The notes under the pieces were generated by a model. It searched no databases, had not been told where the DNA came from, and saw only the letters and a list, made by a program, of their open reading frames with translations. Below, one piece after another: positions 13,840 through 27,164 of a stretch of 64,000 nucleotides of DNA. The DNA comes from the human T2T-CHM13v2.0 reference genome, Homo sapiens. The position numbers were made by a program, and so were the translations under genes. Positions within the stretch are counted from its first letter, which is position 1. Each line of letters opens with the position of its first letter. The stretch is from assembly GCF_009914755.1 (NCBI RefSeq), contig NC_060930.1; one strand, written 5' to 3'.

Positions 13840-14012
13840 ATCATCAGAAAACTTGAGGCTGAATTTCAGCTCCTCTTTGTACTGCCTGTTTCAATTAAGT
13901 AAAAGATAAGTTAAATAACCTCTCTGAGCCTAATACCTATGTCAAACAATTGTAGGAATAAATGAGATGGAATACACAAAGTGTGTGTTGTAGAATGGGT
14001 AGTCAATCAATG
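13840..14012 (+). mobile_element. MIR fragment
   Basis: aagttaaataacctctctgagcct...tgtaggaataaatgagatgg. Confidence 0.6.
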
Positions 14013-14239
14013 ATTGAGTAATAGAGGGTTGTAAGGGTACACTTGGTTTCAGTTTTTACTGAGGATTAGGATTTCACATCCTAAATGAGCAACACAAACC
14101 CTCTTCAGGGCATGCTTCAAGGCACTGTGAAACAATTCTTCGCAGCATTAGCCCATCACCTTATTTCTTCCAGGCTATATAAGGAGGAGGGAAAGATTCA
14201 TGGAAGAATGGAGATACTGGAGATCATGGCAGAGACCTC

Positions 14240-14628
14240 TAGTTGTAAAACAAAATCTGTCCTTTCCTTTTATAGAGAGAACTGTAGCTGGGCGCATGTA
14301 TGGAATGCATTTCTTAGGTTCTCATGCAGGTAGGTGTGGCCAATCGAAGGGGAGCAGAAGAGATTTGTGCTACTTCCAGACTGGGGGTTCCCAGAGGGCG
14401 AATGTGTCTCTCTGTGTCCTCATTTTCCCTGTCTGGATACATCTGATTATGAGGCCCTAGGGGGCCTGTGTAGCTGCAAGCACCTGAATGATCAGCTGAA
14501 GGAGAGCTAACCACTTCTTTAAACCCCATCCAGGACTGTTATGGGGAAGATATATAAATTTCTTTTTTAAGCTACGGAAGTTTGGTGTTCGATTTGTTAT
14601 CACCTTGTATCATACCCCCCACTAATAA
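14240..14628 (+). mobile_element. MLT1I/J-like MaLR solo LTR
   Basis: tgtagctgggcgcatg...gcaggtaggtgtggcca and the 3' ttaagctacggaagtttggtgttcgatttgtta...actaata. Confidence 0.65.
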
Positions 14629-14699
14629 AGAAAGCCTAAATTCTGTTGCAAAAAGTTATTAGCGTATTATGGCATTTTGCCTTTCAGCCACTTATAGAG

Positions 14700-15560
14700 T
14701 TTAGGAGAATGTGCACCATCTCAAGACAAAAAAGGGGGGTATATGGAGAAAATTACTTGCAATGCTTGCTGTATGCTCCCTAGAGTTTGGGGACATAGAG
14801 GGACTGATGACTGTCTAACAGCAGGGACAGACTATACGGTGACAGAGTAAAGAGAAAAAAAGAGAGAAAAGGATGGGGAAAATGTGTCACCTTTTCCAGA
14901 AATGGATGTACATTCCACCATCAAAAGGAGCCCACCTATGGCTGTCTCAATAGGGACTCACACCAAGAAGGGGTGCAAGGATGAAAGACCCAGCTATAGA
15001 CAGACTGCTGGGAGACCATGGACACTTGTGACAAAGGCCAGCCAGAGGCCATGTTGCTTGCCTCACATGAGCCATGGTTGGGCCTGCAGCAGAAGGATCT
15101 CAGTGGCATCCAGCAAAGGCATGGAGAGAAAGGACAACTGTTCATCTGCTGCTCGCTGGGCCCTGGAACCATGTGTCAGTTATGCCAGTCAAGTGGCATT
15201 TGGGATTTTCTTCCCTCTGACACCTCTCCTCCCCTTAACCCAATGCTTTGGAAGGGACAACAGCAGTGAGGAGGAGGGAGTTGAAGAGCAAGAAGACTGT
15301 GCTCTCCTCACTCTTTGCAGGGGCACAGCTGGGACAAGCCCCAGCTGGACAAAGGGAATTTAAATTGTATAATAGATTAAACTGTAATGTTAGATCTGAT
15401 GAGATTTTTAAATTTTTGAAATGAGATTGTTCTTCCTGAAAGTGGCCAACAAAGCTTTGAGAATCACTTGAGATATCATCCAGAGGTGGGACAGATCAAC
15501 TCCAAAGAACATGATTGGAAGGACATTGGGAAGAGGGGGATGGTTGCTCTCAATGATCAC
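14700..15560 (+). mobile_element. Ancient Gypsy-type LTR (MamGypLTR-like)
   Basis: GC-richer block ending in ...ccccagctggacaaagggaatttaaattgtataatagattaaactg...gagattgttcttcctgaaagtggcc, recalled as typical of MamGypLTR/LTR88; boundaries uncertain. Confidence 0.4.
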
Positions 15561-15760
15561 ACAACTGCCTCCAACAAGTTCAATAACATGATTAAGTGTC
15601 TTTTGTTATTGGTTAGAAGAAAAAATAATTTCATACCACCAGTTTCTGTATCTACTTCTGGTCCTGTTAGTGGCACCAAAATTTTGGAAAAGATTACCTT
15701 TTGTTTGGCAAAATTTCTTGTTTATGATACAACGATTAGGCCCCTAACATTTACCTGGAG

Positions 15761-16066
15761 CAGTGCTGTCTTATAGCATTATAATGCAAGCCATAAATAT
15801 GAGCTTCATCTGTCATTTTAAATATTTAGCAGCCACATTTATTAGGTAAAATTATCTGAACATATTTTATTGACATAGAATACCTAAAATATTATCATTT
15901 CAACATGTCAAGATAAGAAATTATTAATGAGCTTTTTTTACATTTTTATATTGTCTTCAAAATTCAGTATGCATTTTACATTTGCAGCAATTTCAATTTT
16001 AACTAGCCACATTTCAAGTGCGCAATAGCCACATGTGGCTAATGGCTATTGTTTTGAACAGCAGAG
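15761..16066. mobile_element. MER33 hAT-Charlie element with 8-bp TSD
   Basis: Termini cagtgctgtc...gaacagcagag, internal tagccacatttcaagtgcgcaatagccacatgtggcta; TSD acctggag (15753-15760) / acctggaa (16067-16074). Confidence 0.92.
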
Positions 16067-16907
16067 ACCTGGAATTAGTTACCTCGACATCTGCCTAATA
16101 AATGAGAAGAAATAGTAAGCTGCAGAGAAAGTAGAATAAAGGAAGGAATAAGGGTGAGAATAACCTTAGGAAAATTTTAGCCAAGGAGAAATTCTGAGGA
16201 GATTGGGGAATAAATGATGTGTAAATAGGGCCATTTAGAATAGTCCCTAGTTTATCGAAAATACCCATAAATGCCTGCACACATTATCTGAAACTTCCTT
16301 TTCCTATGACATTAATCTATATTTCATACACTTTAAGTCTGATCTGCTAATTAATTATAGATCCATTTCCATTTTACAATGTATTTACCATGTTATCATT
16401 TAAAATCCAGCCCATTTTTCCCTAGCTTTGTTCAAATGCCCTAATCGAGCCATGCCAGACCCAACGTATTTCTGAAAGCTTATTGTCTACTAACTTTGGA
16501 AAAAAAAATAAATAAATAAATACATGCTAACAAATCTATGCTGTTTCTCAGTGACCATTACTTATTATTTATTTAACTGTTCACATCTTTCTAGTAACCA
16601 AATTAAAGTCATTCAAAATATTTTATATTGGTATCATAGGATAAAATATCCTTAATATCTTTCACCTCATAGCTGCTGTTATTTGATTCCTGTACAAGAC
16701 AGTATTTTAAATAGGTAAGTATGTATTTGGCAGTGTAGATGAAACCTTAATCAAGCACTGATACAACGCCCTGTAATGCCCTTTGCCACTGTAATGCCCC
16801 TTGTCATAGCTATATTCAGAGGTTCTATTCCAGAAAACATAAGAAGGATTCATAGGTCTTATCTTAAGTGAATATAAAATTAATTCATTTCCTGTCACAG
16901 CTGTAAT

Positions 16908-17004
16908 AAATTACCACATATTTGGTAGCTTAAAACAACAAAAAGATTATTATCTCAAATTACCACAAATTTGGTAGCTGAAAACAACAAAAAATTATTA
17001 TCTC
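16908..17004. repeat. ~49-bp tandem duplication inside the MLT1 LTR
   Basis: aaattaccacatatttggtagcttaaaacaacaaaaagattattatctc followed by a near-identical copy. Confidence 0.9.
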
Positions 17005-17276
17005 ACAGCTCTAGAAGCCAGAAGTCCAAAATCGGTATTACTGGGTTGAAATCATGTTGATGGCAAAGCTGTGTTCCTTGCAGAGACTCTATGGGAAAAT
17101 CCATCCATTGCCCCTTCTAGCTTTGGGTGGCTGCCAGCATTTCTTGATTTGTGGCCACATTAATTGGCTTTCATGGTCACATCAACTCCTCCTCTTCTGC
17201 CTGTGTTTTTTCTTCTTCTATTTAAAATTTCCCTGATTTTCTCTGGGCTGACCAGGATAATCCAAGAAAAGCTTCC

Positions 17277-17704
17277 TGTATTAGTTTCCTAAGGCTTTCA
17301 TAGAAAGTACTGCACACTAGATGTCTTAAACAACAAAGTTACTGTGTCATAGTCCTAAAGGCTAGAAGTCTGAGATCAAGGTGTCAGCAGGGTTGAATCC
17401 TTCTGAAGGCCCTGAGGGAGACTCTGTTCCATGCCTCTTTGCTTCTGGGGGTTGGCTGGCAACATTTGGAGTTTCCTGGCTTGTAGATGCATCACCCAAT
17501 TTCACACAACGTTCTCCTTGTGTTCATGTCTCTCTTCAATAAGGTCATCAGTCATATGGGATTAGGGGCCTACCATACTTATTCCAGTATAATTTTATCT
17601 TAACTAATTACATCTGCAAGAACCCTATTTTCAAATAAGTTCATATTATGAGGTACTGGGACTTCAACATATGAATTTTCATGGGCTACAATTCAACCCA
17701 TAGA
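17277..17704 (-). mobile_element. MLT1B solo LTR (nested)
   Basis: tgtattagtttcctaaggct...aattcaacccataga; degenerate 5-bp TSD cttcc/ctttt. Confidence 0.85.
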
Positions 17705-18688
17705 CTTTTCATCTCAAGATCTTTAATTTGATCACATCTGCAAAGGCTCTAGGCTCCAGGATTAGGACTTGATATCCATTTAAGTGTCCCTTATTCAGCC
17801 TACTACAAATAACATGGCAATTTCTCAAGCAAACTTGTAAAAGGAGGAGGAAAAAGAGGTGGAGGTACAAAGTCTGAGTTTTAACAAATTTGCTATCAGG
17901 CGTTAACCCTCTCCTTAGCACATAATTTACCAAACTATCTAAAATCACTGTACTTTATTACCTGCTTTCATGAAGCACAATATTCAAGGTTCACACTATA
18001 TTTGGAGTCATAGACACTGCAATAGGGTCACTTTTTGAGCTAGAGAACCTCAATAAAACCTGATGTAAGTCTTGCACTCTGCTCAGTAAATAATTCTGAG
18101 AGCTCGGCTATGAGCTGGGTCCTAAAAAAATTGAGAAGGGCTTGGTTCTATTATATCCACCACTTTTTCAAGAGAGGGAATTAAGGAGAAAGAAAGGGAT
18201 CCCTTATGTTCCCTTTTCTTTTCTGATCTCAGGTAAATTTGGAACTGTCCACCTTGTGGCTTGCACCATTTCACAGACTTGCAAAAAAAAAACCCACCCT
18301 TCATCCATCTCTCATTCTAGATTCATCATTGTCATCAGGGTGTGGCCTCTGCTCACTCTCTTGTGAGTACAACCTTATTCAAACTTAGTCTCTACTGATC
18401 AACACCTGGAAGGCCACTTGTATCTGCTGAGTTGATAGATTGTAAACTATTGCCACTCTTCAGGTGTGTGTCCCCTACAACTAAGGCTCTTTAGCTCTCT
18501 TGGGTTAAGGCATTTTCCTGTAGCTCAGTGTCCAACAGTGTTTTGAAGTATAATAACACTGATGACTAGAAGGACTAAAGTCCAAGATGAGAGCAAATTT
18601 GCAGGGGCAAGTTGGAAAATATTTCTAAATAGGGATTAGATGACTTAAATTGTGCTCATTTCCAAAATTTTGCAACTATATAAAAGTC

Positions 18689-18749
18689 TGTGTGTGTGTG
18701 TGTGCGTGTGTGTGTGTGCATGTGTGTATGTGTGCACGCTTGTGTGTGC
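18689..18749. repeat. (TG)n imperfect microsatellite
   Basis: Alternating purine-pyrimidine tract, directly visible. Confidence 0.95.
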
Positions 18750-18834
18750 AGGCATGTGGAGAGAAAGAAACAAGGAGAAAGAGGGAGCTCAAGCACATGA
18801 ATATCCACATGGCATGTAATATTGATATATTAGT

Positions 18835-19455
18835 AGTACAGTAAAGTGTTCATTCAGTAGGCTTGGGGTGCTCAAACCTTGTGCATTCTAAAGAAATGAT
18901 TGGCCATTGACTCGCTTCTGGGAGATAAATTCTAAGCCTTTGGAATAATCTTCCTCAAGAGTGTCTCTGTATACCTTGGGTCTTAGACCGTTCCAGATAG
19001 TTTATGCTAACAACGTGATTTATAACGAAAGCCTGTTTTTGTTCACCTGGGCCGTGGGAACACTGTATCTGCTTGAAATCTAGAGGGACTGGAGATTGAG
19101 TAGTCAGTGCCAGTCATTTAGGTGTTCCATGCCCATGTAGCTAACCTCCAGCAAAAACTCTGGACCCTAAGGCTCAGGTGAGCTTCCCTAGTTGGTAATA
19201 ATTTGTACATGTTGTCACACGTTGTTTCTAGGAGAACTAAGTGTTGTTTCTGTGATTTCACTGAGAGAGGACAACTGGAAGCTCGTGCCTGATTTCTCCT
19301 GGACTCCTTCCATAAGGATTTTTTTTTTTTTTGCCAATTTTAATCTGTATCCTTTCTCTGCAGTAAAACATACCATGAGTATAATAGCTTTTCTGACTTC
19401 TGTGAGTCCTAGTGAATTCTTGAACCTGATAGTAGTCTTGTGAACCCCTGACACA
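18835..19455 (+). mobile_element. MER77 (ERVL) solo LTR
   Basis: gtacagtaaag...tgctcaaaccttgtgcattctaaag...ggctcaggtgagcttcc...gagaggacaactggaagctc...gaacccctgacaca. Confidence 0.8.
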
Positions 19456-19524
19456 GGACAAAATATTTGCATTAGTTTGTTATATAGATACAAGTCAAAT
19501 TAAAATAAATCCTTTTTATAGTAA

Positions 19525-19728
19525 CCAATATTTATTGTGTACATTTTAAGCAAGACCCTCTGGCAAATACTTTACTGGGAAAGCCTTATTTATTTTTTAT
19601 ATCAGTCTTCTAAGAAAGGAAGAAACTCAGAGAACTTAATTAACTTGTGCAGACTGATACAGCAAATGGAAGAGTTGAGAAGCAAATCCAGGCTGACTCC
19701 AAAGCCCATGATCTCAATCACTGTGCTT
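19525..19728 (-). mobile_element. MIR SINE
   Basis: aactcagagaacttaattaacttg...ctgactccaaagcccatgatctcaatcactg. Confidence 0.7.
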
Positions 19729-21229
19729 CATATTCACATGGAACAAATGACATACTAGCCTAACTTTAATAAAATACACACCCACCCAGATGTTCTAAAA
19801 ATGCTTTCCATTATAAAATAGCAACTTCAGTGTAAGCTTAGGGGTTTAGAAAGTAGTTGTCTGCCACTCAAGGTTATATAATAGTGAATGAATGAAAGTA
19901 TCCTTTTGATAAGATCCAAATGAAAACTACATGCTTCCTTGTCATTCCCTCTGCATACAAGAATCTTTAACAGCCTCAGTGAGGATCCCTGTGGGTATTT
20001 TGCTTTGCTGTTTTCATAGTCATATCTGGGTTTGTTTTTCTGTCATGATCTTTCTGCATTATGTTGTCACTTGTTTTCCTGGGCTTGCATGGATTTACTG
20101 GAAACTAATTGGGTTGGATATGTATGGTTTACAGAAAGCTGAAGCTACTCATGGATTTCACATTGGTATAAAAAATCGCAAAGTTTGACATCTAATTTCT
20201 TGTAACCATCTCATTGTCTCAATTTTGTTGCAGATTCTGTGGGCAGAGTTTAAGTAACTCCATTTCTTCCACTACAGAATTCAGTAACTTTAATAAACTC
20301 GTCTACTGGCTGTGCACCATGTTAGAAATCCCATGCACAATTTTTTCAGAGCAGCACTTTATTACCAGTTTTACTGTAATGCAATATTAATATAAAATGA
20401 TGATACTTGGACTGTGCAGGCACTATTATGCATTTACAATAATATTTATACAAATAATTAAACTTTCATTTTATTGGATAGGGCAAGTCTATGCAAGGGA
20501 ATCTTTTGCACAAATTAAAGGAAAAAAAATTACAAGACTGTATTGGCTGTTGTGGTCTCTATCTGGATTTTCTCTGATTGAACTGTAGAAAAATCTAGTT
20601 TCAAATATGACATCTGTCATCTGTACTTTCTACCAAGAAATTAATCAAACTGATGGTGGAGAGAGTTTTTTGAATGTTCATTATTTCAGCTATTAATTTT
20701 TAAAAGCAGCAAATGTTGCAAATCAATAGCTTCCATAAAAATTGATTTATTGTGCAATTTCCTTCATACTCCTGAAAGCCAAGAGCAGATTCTGCGTATC
20801 CAATGCTTTCTATTTCTAATCCACCATATTCACATTCATTTTTTTAAGATAAATTATTTAGATGAAAGAAATGTAATCCTATTTGAATTTCACTGGTTTG
20901 AATTTGTGGAAACTGACCACATCAAGGAAATGTGAAATTTAGCATGAAAAAGAACTATACACTGAAGCAATTACATCATGAAAATCACAGAAATGTAATT
21001 TATATTAAAAAGGCAAAAGATTCTTGATCAATCACATTACTTCTATGATATAGGAAACCTCACAGTACACTCTGATAGAGAGTTCAGGAACAGCCAGGAC
21101 CCACTGATGCCATTTAGAACACGGATTTCTTAGTTTAGATATGTACTGTTTCCTTTATACACAGAAATCACATGTCCTCCTAAAACGATTTACCACTAAA
21201 TATATTTGCACTTCAATTTCAAAACTAAA

Positions 21230-21443
21230 TTTGGAGTTGGTCAGTCTGTGTTCAAATTCTAATTCTGGCTCTGCTAATTTATACTGGTATCTTGGACAAC
21301 ACTTAATCCTCTGCATTTCAATTATCTTCTCTTTAATATGTAGATTATAATGTTTATCTAATATAATTTTTAAAGAAGTAAATAAAAATAAGAAAATATT
21401 TGTAGAAGCATTTATTACAGTGCTGTTTATTACATGTGCTTAT
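21230..21443 (+). mobile_element. MIR SINE
   Basis: ttcaaattctaattctggctctgc...tcttggacaacacttaatcctctg. Confidence 0.7.
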
Positions 21444-21543
21444 TCTTCCATCCAGAAATGTCCAGGTCTCCAATCATGTAATTTGATTATGAGAAGTATT
21501 TCTTAACATGTCATTCTATTAACTGATATTATCTCTTATTTAA

Positions 21544-21939
<396 letters not shown>

Positions 21940-22981
21940 TAAATAGCACTTTGAGATACAACGTACTGATATAAAACTTCAATACCAATCAAATCTAGGG
22001 TCTGTACTGCCCATTACTGCAAAGGCAATATATTGCCTGTCCATTACTGCAAATAATTCTGTTTCCCACCCCTGCAATGTCCTCTCCCCAGTATCTAGAA
22101 ATCAAAATAATAGCAGTTACATGCAATGCCACTTATGATTTCAAAAGTAAAATGAAATGGACTGACTGTATGTAGGCACTGAGGACTGGGGACTGAGCAA
22201 TACCTAGGTGAGCTCCTGCCATGTTGCCACTGGAGAGGGCTTTGATGTTCAGCTGACTCCAATCTGCTAAGAGAGACAAAAGAATAAACTTGTTTTAGAC
22301 AAGGATGAAGTACCATACCCCTGTGGACACCTCCTGCTGCTTACAACTCCAACCTCACCAGGTAGGAAATATCACATTACTACTCAGGCAAAGAAAAATT
22401 ACGATATATCTCAAGCATATTTTTCTAATTTTTAATTTATTTTAAATATCGAAAATAATAATTATATCCACTTCCATAGAAATGAGCTAGCAGAGAAAAA
22501 ATAGCTAAGCATATTAAAAGACTTAGCAGTCCAAATGAGGAGAACCATTTTGAGCATTCAGAACATATGGTCTCCAGTGAATCACAATTATTACAGGAAA
22601 TTGAAGACAATTTTTTAGGGCTTGTAGAGATTCTACATGAGAATCAAAAAAATCTTTCACTAACAATAGAAGATCTCAATATAGTGATACCAGTTTTAAG
22701 ATTTAAAACATTAGTTCTAAAAATTTAGTTTCATTGCTAAACCAAAAAAAATAATAATAATTGTGCCCAAGGATAGCATTTTCGATATCAGTAAAACAAA
22801 ATTAGTGCACCTGAAGTCCAGAACTCAAAGAAAACAAATTGATGGAACAAAATTAGAGAAATAAGAGTCATGTAGGACATCTATAAGATTTAATGTATAT
22901 GTAATTTGAGTTTTAGAACAAGACAATAGAATTTTCAGTAAAAGAAATATAATAAAACTTCCTGAGATGACAGAAGACCCA

Positions 22982-23455
22982 TGTGTTAGTTTTCTATTGC
23001 TGTTAAAAGAAATTACCACAAACGTAGTGGCTTAAAAGAACACAAATTTATTATCTTACAGAGTTCAGTAGGTTAGAAGTCCAACATTAGCCTCACTGGG
23101 CTAAATCAAGATGTTGGCTGGGCTGTATTTCTTTCTAGAGACTCGCATGGATAATATGTATTTCTGCCCTTTCCAACATCTAGAAGCTACTTGCTTTCCT
23201 TGGCTTATGGCTCCTTCCTCCATCTTCAAAGCTAACTATACATCTCTCTGACCCTGATTCTCCTGTCATATCGCTTCTCCAATTTTAACACTCTCTGTGA
23301 TTAGATTGGACCAACTTGGAGAATCCATTCCCTTACATCAAGGTCCTTCATGTAATCACACATACAAACTCCCTTTTGCCACAAGAGATAACATACTCAA
23401 AGTTTCCAGGAATTAGAAGGTGGATGTCTTTGGAAGGGCTATTTTGCCTACCATA
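22982..23455 (-). mobile_element. MLT1D solo LTR
   Basis: tgtgttagttttctattgctg...ttcctccatcttcaaagc...attttgcctaccata. Confidence 0.88.
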
Positions 23456-23649
23456 AGCTAAATCTCCATGTGGAACGAATTCAGTGAGAATTAATGACAA
23501 GCCACTTATACCTACACATATCCTAAATTTCAAAGATAATAAGAAAATTTAGCAAGCATCCAGATTTTTAAAAGCTCTTTATCATAAAGGGAAAGAATAG
23601 CTTTAACATATAATGTGTGAAACATGATAATCCAGGAAACGCTTTTAGA

Positions 23650-24115
23650 TTGGTTATGGTAAATAACATAAGATGCGGTTACAAAACCCCCCCATCTCAG
23701 TGGTTTACCACAGTGAAAGTACTGTATGTAAAATAATACATACATGTATTATATACTGTATGTAAAATAATACATACATATCTGCATGTAAAATACAGAT
23801 ACATTACTGTATATGAAGTTCCTTTTGCTTATTAAAACCCAGTAGGTAGTTCTGAGCAAGTAATCTTGTGGTTATGCAGAGATTCAGGCTGCTCTTTAGT
23901 GCTTCAGCTTCCTCCAGGTCTCTGGGGTTCTCTCCTTTCAAAGTCAGCAGATGGGGAAAGAAAAATGGGGGAGAAGCCCATGAGGTTTTTGGGGGCAAGC
24001 ATGGATGTGACACGTAACACTTTTACCTACGTTCCATACCCAAATCTTAGTTACATAGCCATGTTAACTGCACAGAAAGCCTGGAAAAATTTGCTCAGGA
24101 GAAACTGAAGTGGGT
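23650..24115 (-). mobile_element. MLT1J/K-like LTR containing an AT-rich tandem repeat (23720-23804)
   Basis: gatgcggttacaaaacccccatctcagtgg...tagttacatagccatgttaactgcacagaaagcctggaaaa; tactgtatgtaaaataatacatacat x2 plus a degenerate third copy. Confidence 0.65.
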
Positions 24116-24384
24116 CTTTATAGATAAAAGACTGGGTCCTGATAATCCTACTTATTGTCCAATTATTCACGTGAATGCATGTACACACACAAATGTTTTT
24201 AGATGTGTAAAGAATTATTTATCATACTGCCCATAAATTCTTCCTGAAAAATTACCTAAATAATTCAAATAGATCAATTTCCGGATGTATGTCCTGTAAT
24301 CAGAAACTGGATATGTGAAATTTTTTTTAACTCAAGAGCTAGTTTATATAAATAATTTTCTCCTGCTAACCTGAATTTGGAAGA

Positions 24385-26720
24385 TGATATGGTTTGGCTT
24401 TGTGTCCCTACCCAAATATCATCTTGAATTGTAACTCCCACAATTACCATGTGTCATGGGAGGAACCCGGTGGGAGGGATTGAATTATGGGGGGGTGGGT
24501 CTTTCCTGCACTGTTCTTGTGATAGTGAATGAGTCTCACAAGATCTGATGGTTTTAAAAAATGGGAATGTACCTGCACAAGCTCTCTCTTTGCCTGCTGC
24601 CATCCATGTAAGATGTGACTTGCTCCTCCTTGCCTTCCACCATGATTGTGGGGCTTCCCCAGCCATGTGGAACTATAAGTCCAATTAAAGCTCTTTCTTT
24701 TGTAAATTGCCCGGTCTCAGGTATGTCTTTATCAGCATTGTGAAAATGGACTAATGCTATAAATTGGTACCAGTAGAGTGGGGCATTGCTGAAAAGATAC
24801 CTGAAAATGTGGAAGTGACTTTGGAACTGGGTAACAGGCAGAAGTTGGAGCAGTTTGGAGGGCTCAGAAGAAGACAGGAAAATGTGGAAAAGTTTGGAAC
24901 CTCCTAGAGACTTGTTGAATGGCTTTGACCAAAAGCCTGATAGCAATATGGACAATAAGGTCCAGGCCGAGGTGGTCTTTGATGGAGATGAGGAACTTGT
25001 TTGGAACTGGAGCAAAGGTAACCCTTGTTAGGTTTTAGCAAAGAGACTGGTGATATTTTGCCCCTGACCTAAAGATTTGTGGAAATTTGACCTTGAAAGA
25101 GATGATTTAGGGTATCTTGTGGAAGAAATTTCTCAGCAGCAAAGCATTCAAGAGGTGACTTGGGTGTTGTTAAAGGCATTTAATTTTATAAGGGAAACAG
25201 AGCATGAAAGTTTTAAAATTTTGCAGGCTGACAATGTGATAGAAAAGAAAAACCCATTTTCGGGGGAGAAATTTAAGATGGCTGCAGAAATTTTCATAAT
25301 AACAAGAAACCACAATGTTAATCCCCAAGACAATGGGGAAAATGTCTGCAGGGAATGTCAGAGGCCTTCACAGCAGCCCCTCCCATCACAGACCCAGAGG
25401 CCTAGGAAAAAATGGTTTCATGGGCCGATCCCAGGGTTCCAGTGCCGTGTGCAGCCTGGAGACTTACTGCCTTGTGTCCCAGCTGCTCCAATCTTGGCTG
25501 AAAGGGTCCAACTTAGAGCTCAGGCCATGGCTTCAGAGAATGCAAGCCCCAAGCCTTTGCAGCTTCCATATGGTGTTGAGCCTGTGAGTGTACAGAAGTC
25601 AAGAATTGGGGTTTGGGAACCTCTGCCTAGATTTCAGAAGATGTATGGAAATGACTGGATGCCCAGGCAGAATTTTGCTGCAGGGGTGGGGTACTCATGG
25701 AGAAACTGTGCTGGGGTGGTGTGGAAGGGAAATATGGGGTCAGAGCCCCCACATAGAGTCCCTACTAGGGCATCACCGACTTCTCACACCTAGTGGAGCT
25801 GTGAGAAGAGGACTACCATCCTGCAGACCCCAGAATGGTAGATCCACTGACAGCTTGCACCATTCATATGGAAAAGCCACAGACATCCAACACCAACCCG
25901 TGAAAGCAGCCAGGAGGGAGGCTGTACCCTGTAAAGCCACAGGGGCAGAGCTGCCCAAGACCATGGGAACCCATCTCTTGCATCAGTGTGACCTGCATGT
26001 GAGACAGGGAATCAAAGGAGATCATTTCAGAGCTTTAAGATTTGACTTCCCCACTGGATTTCAGACTTGCAAGGGACCTGTAGCTTATTTGTTTTGGCCA
26101 ATTTCTCCCATTTGAAATAGCTGTATTTACCCAATGCCTGTACCCCCATTGTATCTAGGGAGTAACTAACTTGCTTTTGATTTTACAGGCTCATAGGCCG
26201 AAGGGATTTGCCTTGTCTTGGATGAGACTTTGGACTATGGACTTTTGAGTTAATGCTAAAGCGAGCTGAGATGTTGGGGGACTGTTGGGAAGGCATGGTG
26301 GGTTTTGAAATGTGAGAACATGAGATTTGGGCATGCTAGGGGCAGAATGATATCGTTTGGCTGTGTGTCTCCACCCAAATCTCATCTTGAATTATAACTC
26401 CCAAAATTCTCACATGTCGTGGGAGGAACCTGGTGGGAGGTGACTGAATTATGGGGGCGGGTCTTTCCCGTGCTTTTCTCATGATAGCGAATGAGTCTCA
26501 TGAGATCTGATGGTTTTAATAAAAGGGAGTTTGCCTGCACAAGCTCTCTCTTTGCCTGCTACAATCCATGTAAGATGTGACTTACTTCTCCTTGCCTTCC
26601 ACCATGATTGTGAGGCTTCCCCAGCCATGTGGAACTGTAAATACAATTAAACCTCTTTCTTTTATAAATTGCCCAGTCTTGGGTTTGTCTTTATCAGCAG
26701 CATGAATACAGACTAATACA
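24385..26720 (+). mobile_element. Full-length THE1 (THE1A/B) MaLR provirus: LTR 24385-24758, internal 24759-26347, LTR 26348-26720
   Basis: Two similar LTRs (tgatatggtttggc...gactaataca), internal start taaattggtaccagtagagtgggg, PPT ggggcagaa, 5-bp TSD gaaga/gaagg. Confidence 0.97.
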
Positions 26721-26741
26721 GAAGGGAAGGTTTAAGGAGAA

Positions 26742-27023
<282 letters not shown>

Positions 27024-27164
27024 TAAGGAGAAATTTTTACCTTCCATTCTTGACCAGGCACTACGAGCAAAGATTTGAAAGAGCTGACCTTAAATGTTTT
27101 TTTTTTCCTGGCTCTTTGTTGTCTCAGGATCTTATCTGCAAGCTCTGGAATGGGGACCAGAATT

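Larger units (their letters stand above)
16880..17807 (-). mobile_element. MLT1C/D solo LTR interrupted by an MLT1B LTR
   Basis: aaattaccac...cttaaaacaac start; resumes at 17705 (catctcaagatctttaatttgatcacatctgcaaag...ttcagcctactaca). Confidence 0.85.
22450..24260 (+). mobile_element. HAL1 / old L1 ORF1-like relic, interrupted by two MLT1 LTRs
   Basis: A-rich ORF1-like segments at 22450-22981, 23456-23648 and 24110-24260 (e.g. aaaacttcctgagatgacagaagac, cctacacatatcctaaatttcaaagataataag). Confidence 0.55.

Noticed and set aside
14884-15363. 159-aa ORF
   Set aside because: Non-ATG start, no recognisable domain, and inside a probable ancient LTR.
23720-23804. Short spaced direct repeats (also 16908-17004, 28883-28945) as a CRISPR-like array
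   Set aside because: Only 2-3 copies, no unique spacers, eukaryotic context; ordinary slippage duplications.
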